DNA of 64,000 bases from the IMG/VR virus record IMGVR_UViG_3300037424_000479, one strand, 5' to 3'. The DNA comes from a virus. The notes below the pieces were generated by a model. That model worked only from the letters and a program-made list of their open reading frames with translations. It made no database searches and was not told where the DNA came from. Positions 55,968 to 64,000 of this stretch are shown piece by piece; within the stretch, counting starts at the first letter, position 1, and every line of letters begins with the position of its first letter. Made by a program: the position numbers and the translations under genes.

Positions 55968-56212
55968 TTCTCATGCTTACACTCGTCATAATCCTGCATA
56001 TCTCGTATGAAGAAGATGAACTTCTTCGTAAGTGTAACACCAGGAAATTCCAGATTTTCAGCCTCAAATTCACGAAGAGACTCATCACATACATAATGGC
56101 CTTCTCGATTGTTTATTTTATCCCACATCTCCCCGAGGCCACCAATTTCATTAACCTCTTCTTCAAAATCGTAGGTACAATAGGGTTCGCCAAATACGTG
56201 TATTACCCTCAT
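55937..56212 (-). CDS. Hypothetical acidic protein
   Basis: ORF in co-oriented run. Confidence 0.6.
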   Translation of the reverse strand: MRVIHVFGEPYCTYDFEEEVNEIGGLGEMWDKINNREGHYVCDESLREFEAENLEFPGVTLTKKFIFFIRDMQDYDECKHENWYLVDEVEE

Positions 56213-56214
56213 GC

Positions 56215-56733
56215 TTAGTCCTCCTCTGGTAAAGGATTTAATCGCGCAAATTCTTTGAATAGCACTTGCGCTCTGTTATTATATGTTCGGGCCGCCAAGA
56301 TTATATCTGTAAAATAACCTAAATGCTCTGAAACACCCTTGTGCGTAATTGTTACTTTCCATTTCCCTGTCTTAGCATCAAGAGTCACCCCTTTATAGGG
56401 GGAACTTTTACCTGTCATTTTCCTGGCGTTAGATGTATTTTGAGAAGTAGTGCATCGTCTTAAATTTGTCTTACAATTGTTCAAAGTATCCCCATCACGA
56501 TGATCTATAACGATGCCGTCTTTATGAAAGCCCCCTGCAATTAAACGATGCAATAATACCTCCTTTCTAGTGGTGTGGCTTCCTGTAGTATAACTTCTGA
56601 AGTAAATTAACCAGGGCTGATCCTTAATTTTATGTGCACGCCAGGTAAAGCCTTCTACTTTAGCTAAGTCTTCTTCATCTATTATGACAGGGTACCCTTT
56701 AATTATTATCGTTTTAGTAAGGCTACTCATCAA
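56215..56733 (-). CDS. HNH-AP2 homing endonuclease
   Basis: LHRLIAG...IDHRDGDTLNNCKTNLR; SSPYKGV...WKVTI...HLGYF AP2 domain. Confidence 0.9.
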   Translation of the reverse strand: MMSSLTKTIIIKGYPVIIDEEDLAKVEGFTWRAHKIKDQPWLIYFRSYTTGSHTTRKEVLLHRLIAGGFHKDGIVIDHRDGDTLNNCKTNLRRCTTSQNTSNARKMTGKSSPYKGVTLDAKTGKWKVTITHKGVSEHLGYFTDIILAARTYNNRAQVLFKEFARLNPLPEED

Positions 56734-57985
56734 TGTATGAAAACTGCCTAGGGCGCTTGGTGGCTATACTGTCCTCAAAAGCATCCCACTTAGCTATGAC
56801 ACGCTTCTTGAGTTCCTTCTGCAAGTGGTTATCTTCTATGTACTGTATAAGCTCATCACGACTCATAGTCTTCCCGAAGCGTTCCTCAAACAGCGCTTTA
56901 AGTTCATCATTAGCTTCGATCCACGCTTTGACATTCTTAATCGCATTATACTTCTTCTTCAGCTCGTGCATACACGTATCCAGAACACCCTGTTCATCAA
57001 GGAAGGCTTCTATAGACTCTTCCGTGACAGGCTCACCACCACCCCAGGAGATTGCATCGGCCCTCTTGAGTAGGTTGCCTATGTCTGACCTAAGATCAAA
57101 AAGATAATCCACGGAGGCACCTGTATTGTCTATTCCATAATCGAATATCACAGGGAACTGGCATGTCCTAAAGGGCTTGGGGTGTCGTGTCTTTTCTGAA
57201 CGTATAATGACCTGTACGCTGGTAGGAACACCCCCATCTGCATCCTTTGCCATGGCCTTACTCTGGATACGAACAGATTCAGCAAACTTTATAGCCTTAC
57301 CCCCATTTACACGTAAAGCCGGGCCTTGCATTACTCCTATGTTATCTCTCGCCTGTGATATGACGTAGAGAAGTGCATTAGCCTTTCCTAGATCGGCTTG
57401 CATCCCCCTGAACATCTCTTGAGAGAGGAATTTCTGTGCGTCCATTCCATACGTGCCGCCTTCAAGCTCCTTGCCACTATCCCCGGCCTTTATACGCTTA
57501 TCCTTCCTGTCTTCCGTAGCATTAGAGGAGAGGGAGTCAAGGCTGTCCAGGATATATACACCATACTCATCCGGCTTCAGCGATTCCAGGAATTTAGTAA
57601 CGTCATAGAACCAGTCTTCTACCGTGCGTACTTCCTTTGGCCCCTTAAAGGAATTCGCAAAGATATCGAACCCATAGAGCTTCATAGTGTCTATAGTATT
57701 GCCGTGCTCTACATCCTGGATACACCACTTGAGCTTATCCTTGTATTTGTAATAATTGGCGGCTATGAACTGACACGCCTTAAACGTCTTAGAGGAAGAG
57801 GAGTCCCCCCAGTCGCGTACTATTGATCCTGCCAGGTATCCCATGCCATACCCACAAGTCTCTCCTGCTCCAACCACAAGATCAAGAATATCTACCCCTG
57901 TACTAAAGTACACAGGCTCACTAGTAATCACAGGTTTCTTCGCCATTATCGCTCCTTCTATGGAATTCAGTAACTGCTTATTCAT
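56723..57985 (-). CDS. recA: RecA/UvsX-like recombinase
   Basis: FSTGVDILDLVVG; GDSSSSKT variant Walker A; YILDSLDSL; YVISQAR; GGKAIKF. Confidence 0.9.
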   Translation of the reverse strand: MNKQLLNSIEGAIMAKKPVITSEPVYFSTGVDILDLVVGAGETCGYGMGYLAGSIVRDWGDSSSSKTFKACQFIAANYYKYKDKLKWCIQDVEHGNTIDTMKLYGFDIFANSFKGPKEVRTVEDWFYDVTKFLESLKPDEYGVYILDSLDSLSSNATEDRKDKRIKAGDSGKELEGGTYGMDAQKFLSQEMFRGMQADLGKANALLYVISQARDNIGVMQGPALRVNGGKAIKFAESVRIQSKAMAKDADGGVPTSVQVIIRSEKTRHPKPFRTCQFPVIFDYGIDNTGASVDYLFDLRSDIGNLLKRADAISWGGGEPVTEESIEAFLDEQGVLDTCMHELKKKYNAIKNVKAWIEANDELKALFEERFGKTMSRDELIQYIEDNHLQKELKKRVIAKWDAFEDSIATKRPRQFSYIDE

Positions 57986-58017
57986 AATAGTAAGGGGGCC
58001 TTTCAGCCCCCTTTACC

Positions 58018-58947
58018 TTAGTCCTTCAGAGACTCTTTAAGACAGGCACGGTATTCAGAGCACTTAGCGCACTCCTTATGATTATCGTTATCCTTTCCGA
58101 ACACGCCACCAGGAGCAGGACACCTGGACTCTTCCTTCTCCTCTACGGGAGGCTTCTTGGCAGGAGGAGCATCGTCCTCATCCTTAACCTGACGAGACAC
58201 CCTCGGAGCAGGCTCATCATCGTCATCATCGTCATCACTTATCGCCGCACCATGCAGAAGGGCCTCAAGCTCCTCGTACGTGTGGACAACGAGGTACTTG
58301 TCAAAAGCGATAGCATCATCCGCAAGAGCGGCTATACTCTCATCCCTCTCAAGGAATTTGAAGTTGGCGAACTGTACAAAGTCCTTACCCTCAAACTTCT
58401 CCTTCTCACCCATGAACTTCACAATCTTTCCCTTCTTCAGATCGGGGAAATTAATGAAGGCGGTACCATCATCCGTGTCCCGCGCCAGGGAGCGGAGGGG
58501 CTTCTCGAAGTACTTAAAGTTAGTCTCGAAAAGCTGAACACCATCTCCCGGCTTCAGCACATCCTGGATGCTATAGTACATCTTCTTCTTGGCCCACAGC
58601 GCCTCAGACTCCTTAGTCTTACCCGCATCCTTGTACTCCTGAGACTGCTCGCAAATGGGACAAGGGGTACCGTAAGTCTTCTTGGGGCATATCACCGTAG
58701 CGTTGGAAGGCCCTATATAGGTATGGACGAATATCTCTAGGTTATAATCGTTATCTCCCTTATTAAGATCACCTGAATGGACAAGGGGGTGATTCTTACT
58801 CGAAACAACATAGGGGAGGATGTTAATCTTATTTACACCCTCCTTCTGCTTCCAGAACTTTACGTCTCCGAGCTTCGAGAAATCGAAAATGCTCTTACCA
58901 CCACTCGCCTTAGCCGCCGCATTGAACCTCTTGTTAAAATCGCTCAT
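58018..58947 (-). CDS. T4 gp32-like single-stranded DNA-binding protein
   Basis: INILPY; VHTYIG...ICPKKTYGTPCPICE; acidic C-terminus. Confidence 0.8.
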   Translation of the reverse strand: MSDFNKRFNAAAKASGGKSIFDFSKLGDVKFWKQKEGVNKINILPYVVSSKNHPLVHSGDLNKGDNDYNLEIFVHTYIGPSNATVICPKKTYGTPCPICEQSQEYKDAGKTKESEALWAKKKMYYSIQDVLKPGDGVQLFETNFKYFEKPLRSLARDTDDGTAFINFPDLKKGKIVKFMGEKEKFEGKDFVQFANFKFLERDESIAALADDAIAFDKYLVVHTYEELEALLHGAAISDDDDDDDEPAPRVSRQVKDEDDAPPAKKPPVEEKEESRCPAPGGVFGKDNDNHKECAKCSEYRACLKESLKD

Positions 58948-59396
58948 TAGCCCCTCCTGTTGAGTCCGGCGCGTATATCGTCGCCGGTATCACTAGTGCC
59001 CTGATAATAGCTGGACACCTGTAGCTTCACTAGGTTGTCAAGCATCGACTTACGCTGTTCCAGCGCGTTGACGGCGCTATACAGTGCTGATACGGTCTTC
59101 GTAGCTACGGCATAAGCCTCCTTAACAGTATTCACTTCAGTGTCACTAGCCACAAGGGCGCTTATGACAGCTTCCGTCACCTTGATACCATCGGGGGGAT
59201 TACTACGAATAGCAATCTCACGCTTCCCAAGGGTATACTCCATCTGCATCTTAGCTCGATCCTGCTCGGCCCGTGCATCCGAAAGCTGACTGCTATAGTG
59301 GTAATACATAGCCGCCTGGACTTCGCACTCCCCATCCAGATGTAGCTTGTTTATCTCTACATCATCCTTAAAATCGATCCCAAATACTTTACTCAC
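58947..59396 (-). CDS. UvsY-like recombination mediator
   Basis: KVTEAVISALV...ALEQRKSMLDNLVKL; next to SSB and RecA; start moved to GTG 59396. Confidence 0.7.
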   Translation of the reverse strand: MSKVFGIDFKDDVEINKLHLDGECEVQAAMYYHYSSQLSDARAEQDRAKMQMEYTLGKREIAIRSNPPDGIKVTEAVISALVASDTEVNTVKEAYAVATKTVSALYSAVNALEQRKSMLDNLVKLQVSSYYQGTSDTGDDIRAGLNRRG

Positions 59397-59856
59397 TCTT
59401 AGCCTCCTCTTCAGTATGTAATATCTGTACCTTGTCCACAAAACGCCTCATAACACGAATAAACGTCTCACCTCCTACCGCCCCAAGAATGGTTAAAACA
59501 CTGATTGCTATGTGCCCCGTAAAAACACTCACAAGTATAAGAGCGCCATTTCGTATCCATCCCCAAATACGCCCCTCAGAGCTAAGGACAGGTAAAGATG
59601 GTATAGTGAGTATCTTAGCTATATCAATGGCCCCCATACAGGAATAGGCGATATAACCTAGAATACTGAACCCCCATATCAAAGCAACAGCAAATACATT
59701 ATATATGATGTATATAATCTCCATCACCGTAAATGCTGTTTGGAAGAAAGACACTTCACTATAGAAATGAAGCCCTAACATCAGAAACACTACACTATAA
59801 TCTAGTGTGGAAATGCACCAACCAGATATAGTCCTTTTAACCTCCTGTTCACTCAC
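59389..59856 (-). CDS. Hypothetical membrane protein
   Basis: Several hydrophobic helices. Confidence 0.6.
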   Translation of the reverse strand: MSEQEVKRTISGWCISTLDYSVVFLMLGLHFYSEVSFFQTAFTVMEIIYIIYNVFAVALIWGFSILGYIAYSCMGAIDIAKILTIPSLPVLSSEGRIWGWIRNGALILVSVFTGHIAISVLTILGAVGGETFIRVMRRFVDKVQILHTEEEAKSE

Positions 59857-59858
59857 GT

Positions 59859-60758
59859 TTACCTCCCAAGTGTATAGACTTTATAAGCGGCAAGGGCAAG
59901 CCCGGCTCTACCGCTATCATAAAAAGGATTCTTGAATTCCGCTATGATTCGTGCGGGCCGATCCTGAGGCGACTTAACCAAGACGGAATACATATATGAG
60001 AGAACCATCTGCCGTACCGACTCAACCTCCACGGCAGGTATGTCTTTCAAGATGGCACCATACGCCGACCACCCACTCTGATTTAGCATACAGCGACACA
60101 GCTCGAACGCCGGATGCGTCTCCTCATTTCCACTCTTTAATACCTCTAGTGCCTCCTCTTCTGAAAGACCTAAACACCCCTCCAACTTTACAAGCGCTTC
60201 TCTCGCAGAACCATGCGCCATCTCTGCAATCGCGTCAAGTACCTCTAGGGAAATTTTAGCCTTCTCCTTACCAACCACATCTCGAAGAAGTGTCACAGTA
60301 TCCCTATATGATAAGGGTGTCAAGGTGGTCAGGTGACACCGTGATTTTAGCGCCTCCTTGAGCTTCTCAGGGTTCGTGGTGCAGAGGGCAAAATACACCT
60401 GATCGGGAGTATCCTGCATAATTTTAAGTAAAGCTTCCTGAGCGGGTATAGTTAGCTGATGACACTCATCGAAAATATACAGGACAGGGTTTCCTATCTG
60501 GTACTGGCATTGTTCTATAACACCCCGTATCGTGTCAATACCCCTATCATCAGAAGTATTGATTTCTACTATATCAGCACGAAGTACGGCGGCGAGAAGC
60601 CGAGCAGAAAGGGTCTTCCCTGTACCCTTCTCCCCAGTGAAAAGAAAGGAATGAATATGATCAGGCTTAGCAAGTACACTAGCAAGCGCCTTAACGGCTG
60701 TCGCGTTACCATACATCGACATAAAAGAATCAGGGGCGTACTTCGTATAGAGACTCAT
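59859..60758 (-). CDS. dnaX: DNA polymerase III gamma/tau-like clamp loader subunit
   Basis: GEKGTGKT; GIDTIR; IFDECHQL; ALLK; SRC motif. Confidence 0.9.
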   Translation of the reverse strand: MSLYTKYAPDSFMSMYGNATAVKALASVLAKPDHIHSFLFTGEKGTGKTLSARLLAAVLRADIVEINTSDDRGIDTIRGVIEQCQYQIGNPVLYIFDECHQLTIPAQEALLKIMQDTPDQVYFALCTTNPEKLKEALKSRCHLTTLTPLSYRDTVTLLRDVVGKEKAKISLEVLDAIAEMAHGSAREALVKLEGCLGLSEEEALEVLKSGNEETHPAFELCRCMLNQSGWSAYGAILKDIPAVEVESVRQMVLSYMYSVLVKSPQDRPARIIAEFKNPFYDSGRAGLALAAYKVYTLGR

Positions 60759-61333
60759 ACCAACCCCTCCATAACCATAGGAAAGTGCTGTTGAAGAATA
60801 GTATATATAGCACGAGCATACTCTTGCATCTCTTCCTGGGCGTGTGAATCCAATCGGAGCTTGAGCATTTTTCTAGCGTTATTCATATCCATACGCACGT
60901 AAAATTCCGTGAACATCCCCTGAGGGAGCACAATACGCGCCAACTCCTTCGGTACACCAAGCTCCAATAGGCGAGCGTAATGGTTCTTACACTGAGTATA
61001 TGCTATAGCAATCTCATCGATGACCTCAGGAGAATCATGCCGAGTGGGCATGAAGAAGTCCACATCGGTGAGGTCGTTGTACCTACCTGACTTCTCCACA
61101 TAAGAAAAAGTGCGCGTTCGCTGGAATTGTCTGAGAATGAAAAGGGGCATCTTAATCAGGAATATAGCCTGACCGAATTCCAGCGGAACCATATGTCCCC
61201 AATCCACGAGCTTACCAGTGCCAGGCCCCCTGTCATTATTATGGGAAATCCCAGCATACCGACTTATAGATTCATCGTCTCCCATGCTATCTACCAGGGC
61301 TACAAAGCCATCACCTATGTCTATCTTATTCAC
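60755..61333 (-). CDS. thyX: Flavin-dependent thymidylate synthase
   Basis: RQFQRTRTFSYVEKSGRY; ELARIVLP; LRLDSHAQEEM. Confidence 0.92.
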   Translation of the reverse strand: MNKIDIGDGFVALVDSMGDDESISRYAGISHNNDRGPGTGKLVDWGHMVPLEFGQAIFLIKMPLFILRQFQRTRTFSYVEKSGRYNDLTDVDFFMPTRHDSPEVIDEIAIAYTQCKNHYARLLELGVPKELARIVLPQGMFTEFYVRMDMNNARKMLKLRLDSHAQEEMQEYARAIYTILQQHFPMVMEGLV

Positions 61334-61643
61334 CTTTCACCCCCATAAGGTCAAGCCATAGAAGGAATATCAGATTACCTATTGCATAAGCAAGATGATG
61401 CCTTCCATGATCTTCGAGATTGTACAGCTCTCCACTACGCCACTTCTCTATATGTCGCATCGTGGAATTGTAAAACGTCTTCCTTGGATTACCCACCTTC
61501 TGCCAATTGGTATCACTTCCATGATCCTTGGCACCTTCAGTAAGCACCCATGCAATCTGCTCTAATACGTTCGGTGGAATTTGTGAGTATTCTACTTTCC
61601 CCTCAGTAATTTTGAATCCCTCACCCTTAATGTTTTTACTCAT
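61326..61643 (-). CDS. dATP/dGTP diphosphohydrolase domain (DUF5664)
   Basis: VLTEGAKDHG..NWQK...MRHI..W..GE......HHLAYA..NL.FL. Confidence 0.8.
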   Translation of the reverse strand: MSKNIKGEGFKITEGKVEYSQIPPNVLEQIAWVLTEGAKDHGSDTNWQKVGNPRKTFYNSTMRHIEKWRSGELYNLEDHGRHHLAYAIGNLIFLLWLDLMGVKGE

Positions 61644-61837
61644 CTAGCCCTTTCTAGATCACCTTCCAGGAATAAATCATTATGCCCTAGAATTGATTCG
61701 ACGAGGATTACTCCACAAGGGAATATGCGTGCTACTCTACACGCATGCCCTCGCAAAACATCCTCCCATATAATACTCTCTTTCAGGTGACCCCCAATCG
61801 TTTTACGGACGGGACGAACTATGTCACCTATGTACAT
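61640..61837 (-). CDS. Hypothetical protein
   Basis: Start/stop overlaps on both sides. Confidence 0.55.
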   Translation of the reverse strand: MYIGDIVRPVRKTIGGHLKESIIWEDVLRGHACRVARIFPCGVILVESILGHNDLFLEGDLERAR

Positions 61838-62169
61838 TAGCGATTGTCCCCTGAGCCACCCAGGACGCCACGTTCCTTTCTGGAAGCGAGCTTATCCAAA
61901 TTACCTTGGGCAGTCTCTTCCAAAGAAAAACCTAGGAACTTTGAAATTACAGCAACATCCCATAGAACGTCCCCCACCTCCTTTATCATTTCTATTCGAT
62001 CCGTTTCGGATATCTTTTTATCCTTATCCCGGATTATCTTAGCATACTTCCCACATAGCTCCCCTACCTCAGATGCCATAGCATTAGTCAGGTAATCCAG
62101 CGCATTCTCCTTAGAGAAGATAATCGTAGATAGAGCCTGTTCCTGGTACTCGTTAAAATTCATATACAC
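61837..62169 (-). CDS. MazG-like NTP pyrophosphohydrolase
   Basis: FNEYQ...SEVGEL..K..K..RD...EVGDVLW...NLDKLASR. Confidence 0.9.
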   Translation of the reverse strand: MYMNFNEYQEQALSTIIFSKENALDYLTNAMASEVGELCGKYAKIIRDKDKKISETDRIEMIKEVGDVLWDVAVISKFLGFSLEETAQGNLDKLASRKERGVLGGSGDNR

Positions 62170-62208
62170 TCCTTATCAGGATTAAAATTAACGGTGATAA
62201 TATAGCAT

Positions 62209-62391
62209 TTAGAATACATACATTCCCAATGTGGTCTCTTCTACTGGCCCATCGTCAATCTCTCTATCTCCACACGCCTTTTCCCTGTCAATATATTCTT
62301 GCGCTTGTTCTCGCGTAAAGAATACCCCTCTCTTACATCTATCCGAATATGGGCCAGAATAAACATAATAAACCGTTTCACCCGATTGCAT
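62209..62391 (-). CDS. Hypothetical protein
   Basis: VYYVYSG.YSD...GVFFTREQA motif. Confidence 0.6.
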   Translation of the reverse strand: MQSGETVYYVYSGPYSDRCKRGVFFTREQAQEYIDREKACGDREIDDGPVEETTLGMYVF

Positions 62392-62407
62392 CTTCGACCT
62401 CCTTTGA

Positions 62408-63010
62408 CTACTCTACTATCGCCGCTATATTCGACGGCTCCCATGACAAAATTATCTTATTGTCACGGATGTATTCATTTAGTTTTTCTATCCTGTCATA
62501 CAACTCAGGAGCTACTGTTGCTAGATCGCAGTCTTGTGCTAAGTCGTCTCCGTAGTAATCGTCGTCTATCTCTCGTGCATAAATTGGCTTACACCAGACG
62601 AGACACAAAGATGAAGGCTTAACATCATACTCCTCACAGTACATATCAAGGTCTTCCCTACAGAAGAAATACTCATCACCATTATATAGGCATATCGGTG
62701 TCTCTTCATCCCACCCTTGTTTTTTATAACTCTCAAATAGCTCTCTGTCTGACTTTTCTCGGCATTTCTCACATTGCATATAACCTGATATTTTCTCAAC
62801 GGGTGTTCCACAGTCAACACAGAACCTATGTGTGCATCCATCATAGCGCGCTATGCGTTCATCATTACCCCAAAATTTACCGCTTCGGGAAACCCAACCA
62901 GATAGATTCGTTACAAACTGCGCCGCTTCATTGGACGTACTTAATATCATCTCTTCAGGTTTCATAGCCATGGTCTCCCTTCCACGTAGTTCTCTGCTAA
63001 TACACCCCAA
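62408..63010 (-). CDS. Conserved phage hypothetical protein
   Basis: GWVSRSGKFWG.DERIARYDGCTH..C..CG motif; true start probably MAMKPEE. Confidence 0.7.
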   Translation of the reverse strand: MGCISRELRGRETMAMKPEEMILSTSNEAAQFVTNLSGWVSRSGKFWGNDERIARYDGCTHRFCVDCGTPVEKISGYMQCEKCREKSDRELFESYKKQGWDEETPICLYNGDEYFFCREDLDMYCEEYDVKPSSLCLVWCKPIYAREIDDDYYGDDLAQDCDLATVAPELYDRIEKLNEYIRDNKIILSWEPSNIAAIVE

Positions 63011-63327
63011 TCAGCCGAAAGGGGGAACCACGCATCAGGCTGATCCAGCTCTATATACGGAACAGGCCCGCCAGCCGCATTAAACTCCATAAGAGCGTCA
63101 TCGATCTTACAGGCAGACACAGCGAAGAGCCTACCATGATCGATGTATACCGCCCATATAGGCACACCCTCCGGGATAGCCCCACAGGTGATGGGCGGGG
63201 TTACTACATTCCCCTCCTTGTGCCCCTGCTTTAGTCCGCTCTCATAAGCACAAGAATATAGTATAGCGCAACTAAGAATCACGGCAAGAACAAGTAAAAG
63301 CCCCCAAGTCCATGGCATCCTCTTCAT
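62962..63327 (-). CDS. Hypothetical membrane-anchored protein
   Basis: N-terminal TM; SD AGGAGG. Confidence 0.55.
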   Translation of the reverse strand: MKRMPWTWGLLLVLAVILSCAILYSCAYESGLKQGHKEGNVVTPPITCGAIPEGVPIWAVYIDHGRLFAVSACKIDDALMEFNAAGGPVPYIELDQPDAWFPLSADWGVLAENYVEGRPWL

Positions 63328-63391
63328 AAGACCTCCTGTTATATTGACTATAGGTAAGATACACGAAGTACCTACCTATAGTCAAGTGTTT

Positions 63392-64000
63392 TTATTCTAT
63401 AGAGCAATGCTCCCCGTCACAAAATTTAGAACCTATAGGTGTACTCGTCATAATATCAAAACAGGGGCGGGATATTCCTTTAGACATCTGTTCCCACCTC
63501 TCTTTGGTAATCTGCTCATAAGGAGCCTGTACATACCCATGCTCCGTAAGAGGTAGGAATGATATAGTCTTGAGAGAATCTTCGTAAGCCTCTAAAACGC
63601 TGACAATCTCAGCTTTCTCTTTAGGCTTAAACGTTACCGTAACAGATACATTATTGTCAGCCCACCAACGCTGGTAGTCAACCACATCCTTAACTTGCTC
63701 CCATATGGATACATCTTCCTTCCTCTTGGAAAAGAACTTCTCACATACAGGGAAGTTAATAACCTTTGTATTAACATCACCATAATGGTCATCTTCTATC
63801 TCATATCCCACTGTACGCATAATAAGCACTAGGGGGGATTGTGCTGAAACGCGCACTCTCCTAATATAATACTCTGCATGAGGATAGTGTATCCCTGCAC
63901 TTACCCCAGGGAGAAGACTCACACTACCGGATGGCTTTACTGAAGTGGTTTTCTTAGAGCGAGGGACACACAACCAATCAGAATATAACTCATCCAACGC
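63392..64000 (-). CDS. nrdJ: Class II (B12-dependent) ribonucleotide reductase, C-terminal part; starts beyond right edge
   Basis: TTSVKPSGSVSLL; YYIRRVR; WADNNVSVTV; YVQAPYEQIT; C-terminal CDGEHC. Confidence 0.92.
   Translation of the reverse strand, partial: ALDELYSDWLCVPRSKKTTSVKPSGSVSLLPGVSAGIHYPHAEYYIRRVRVSAQSPLVLIMRTVGYEIEDDHYGDVNTKVINFPVCEKFFSKRKEDVSIWEQVKDVVDYQRWWADNNVSVTVTFKPKEKAEIVSVLEAYEDSLKTISFLPLTEHGYVQAPYEQITKERWEQMSKGISRPCFDIMTSTPIGSKFCDGEHCSIE

Noticed and set aside
58078-58740. 220-aa plus-strand ORF opposite the SSB gene
   Set aside because: Shadow ORF; composition mirrors the sense codons
1-64000. Stop-codon reassignment
   Set aside because: All large conserved genes are intact under the standard code, and TAA, TAG and TGA all serve as stops

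Overview
The window is a 64 kb slice of a tailed dsDNA phage genome (siphovirus-like: long tape measure protein, tail chaperone frameshift, no sheath gene). No bacterial housekeeping genes, integrase, tRNA, rRNA, CRISPR array or reverse transcriptase were seen. Layout: (1) minus-strand replication and nucleotide-metabolism arm at both edges (49.2-64 kb and 1-10.6 kb): class II RNR, MazG-like, DUF5664, ThyX, DnaX-like clamp loader, UvsY-like, gp32-like SSB, RecA, split SbcC plus SbcD, primase, beta clamp, SNF2/HARP helicase, putative initiator. (2) A 1 kb origin-like intergenic region (10.6-11.6 kb) with six helically phased palindromes and hairpins sharing one 11-nt loop. (3) HU-like, NinG-like, terS, antirepressor-like genes. 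(4) A compositionally distinct early-gene block (16.8-21.2 kb) between two low-complexity non-coding blocks, one holding a DnaA-box cluster. (5) Small hypothetical genes. (6) terL, portal, head, tail. (7) Lysis and tail-tip genes, including a circularly permuted M23 peptidase, a class 3 lipase and two almost fully overlapping coiled-coil membrane proteins. A diderm, possibly spirochaete, host is a weak inference from the lipobox and lysis genes. All family calls come from motif recognition by eye and all counts are hand counts; no searches were run.
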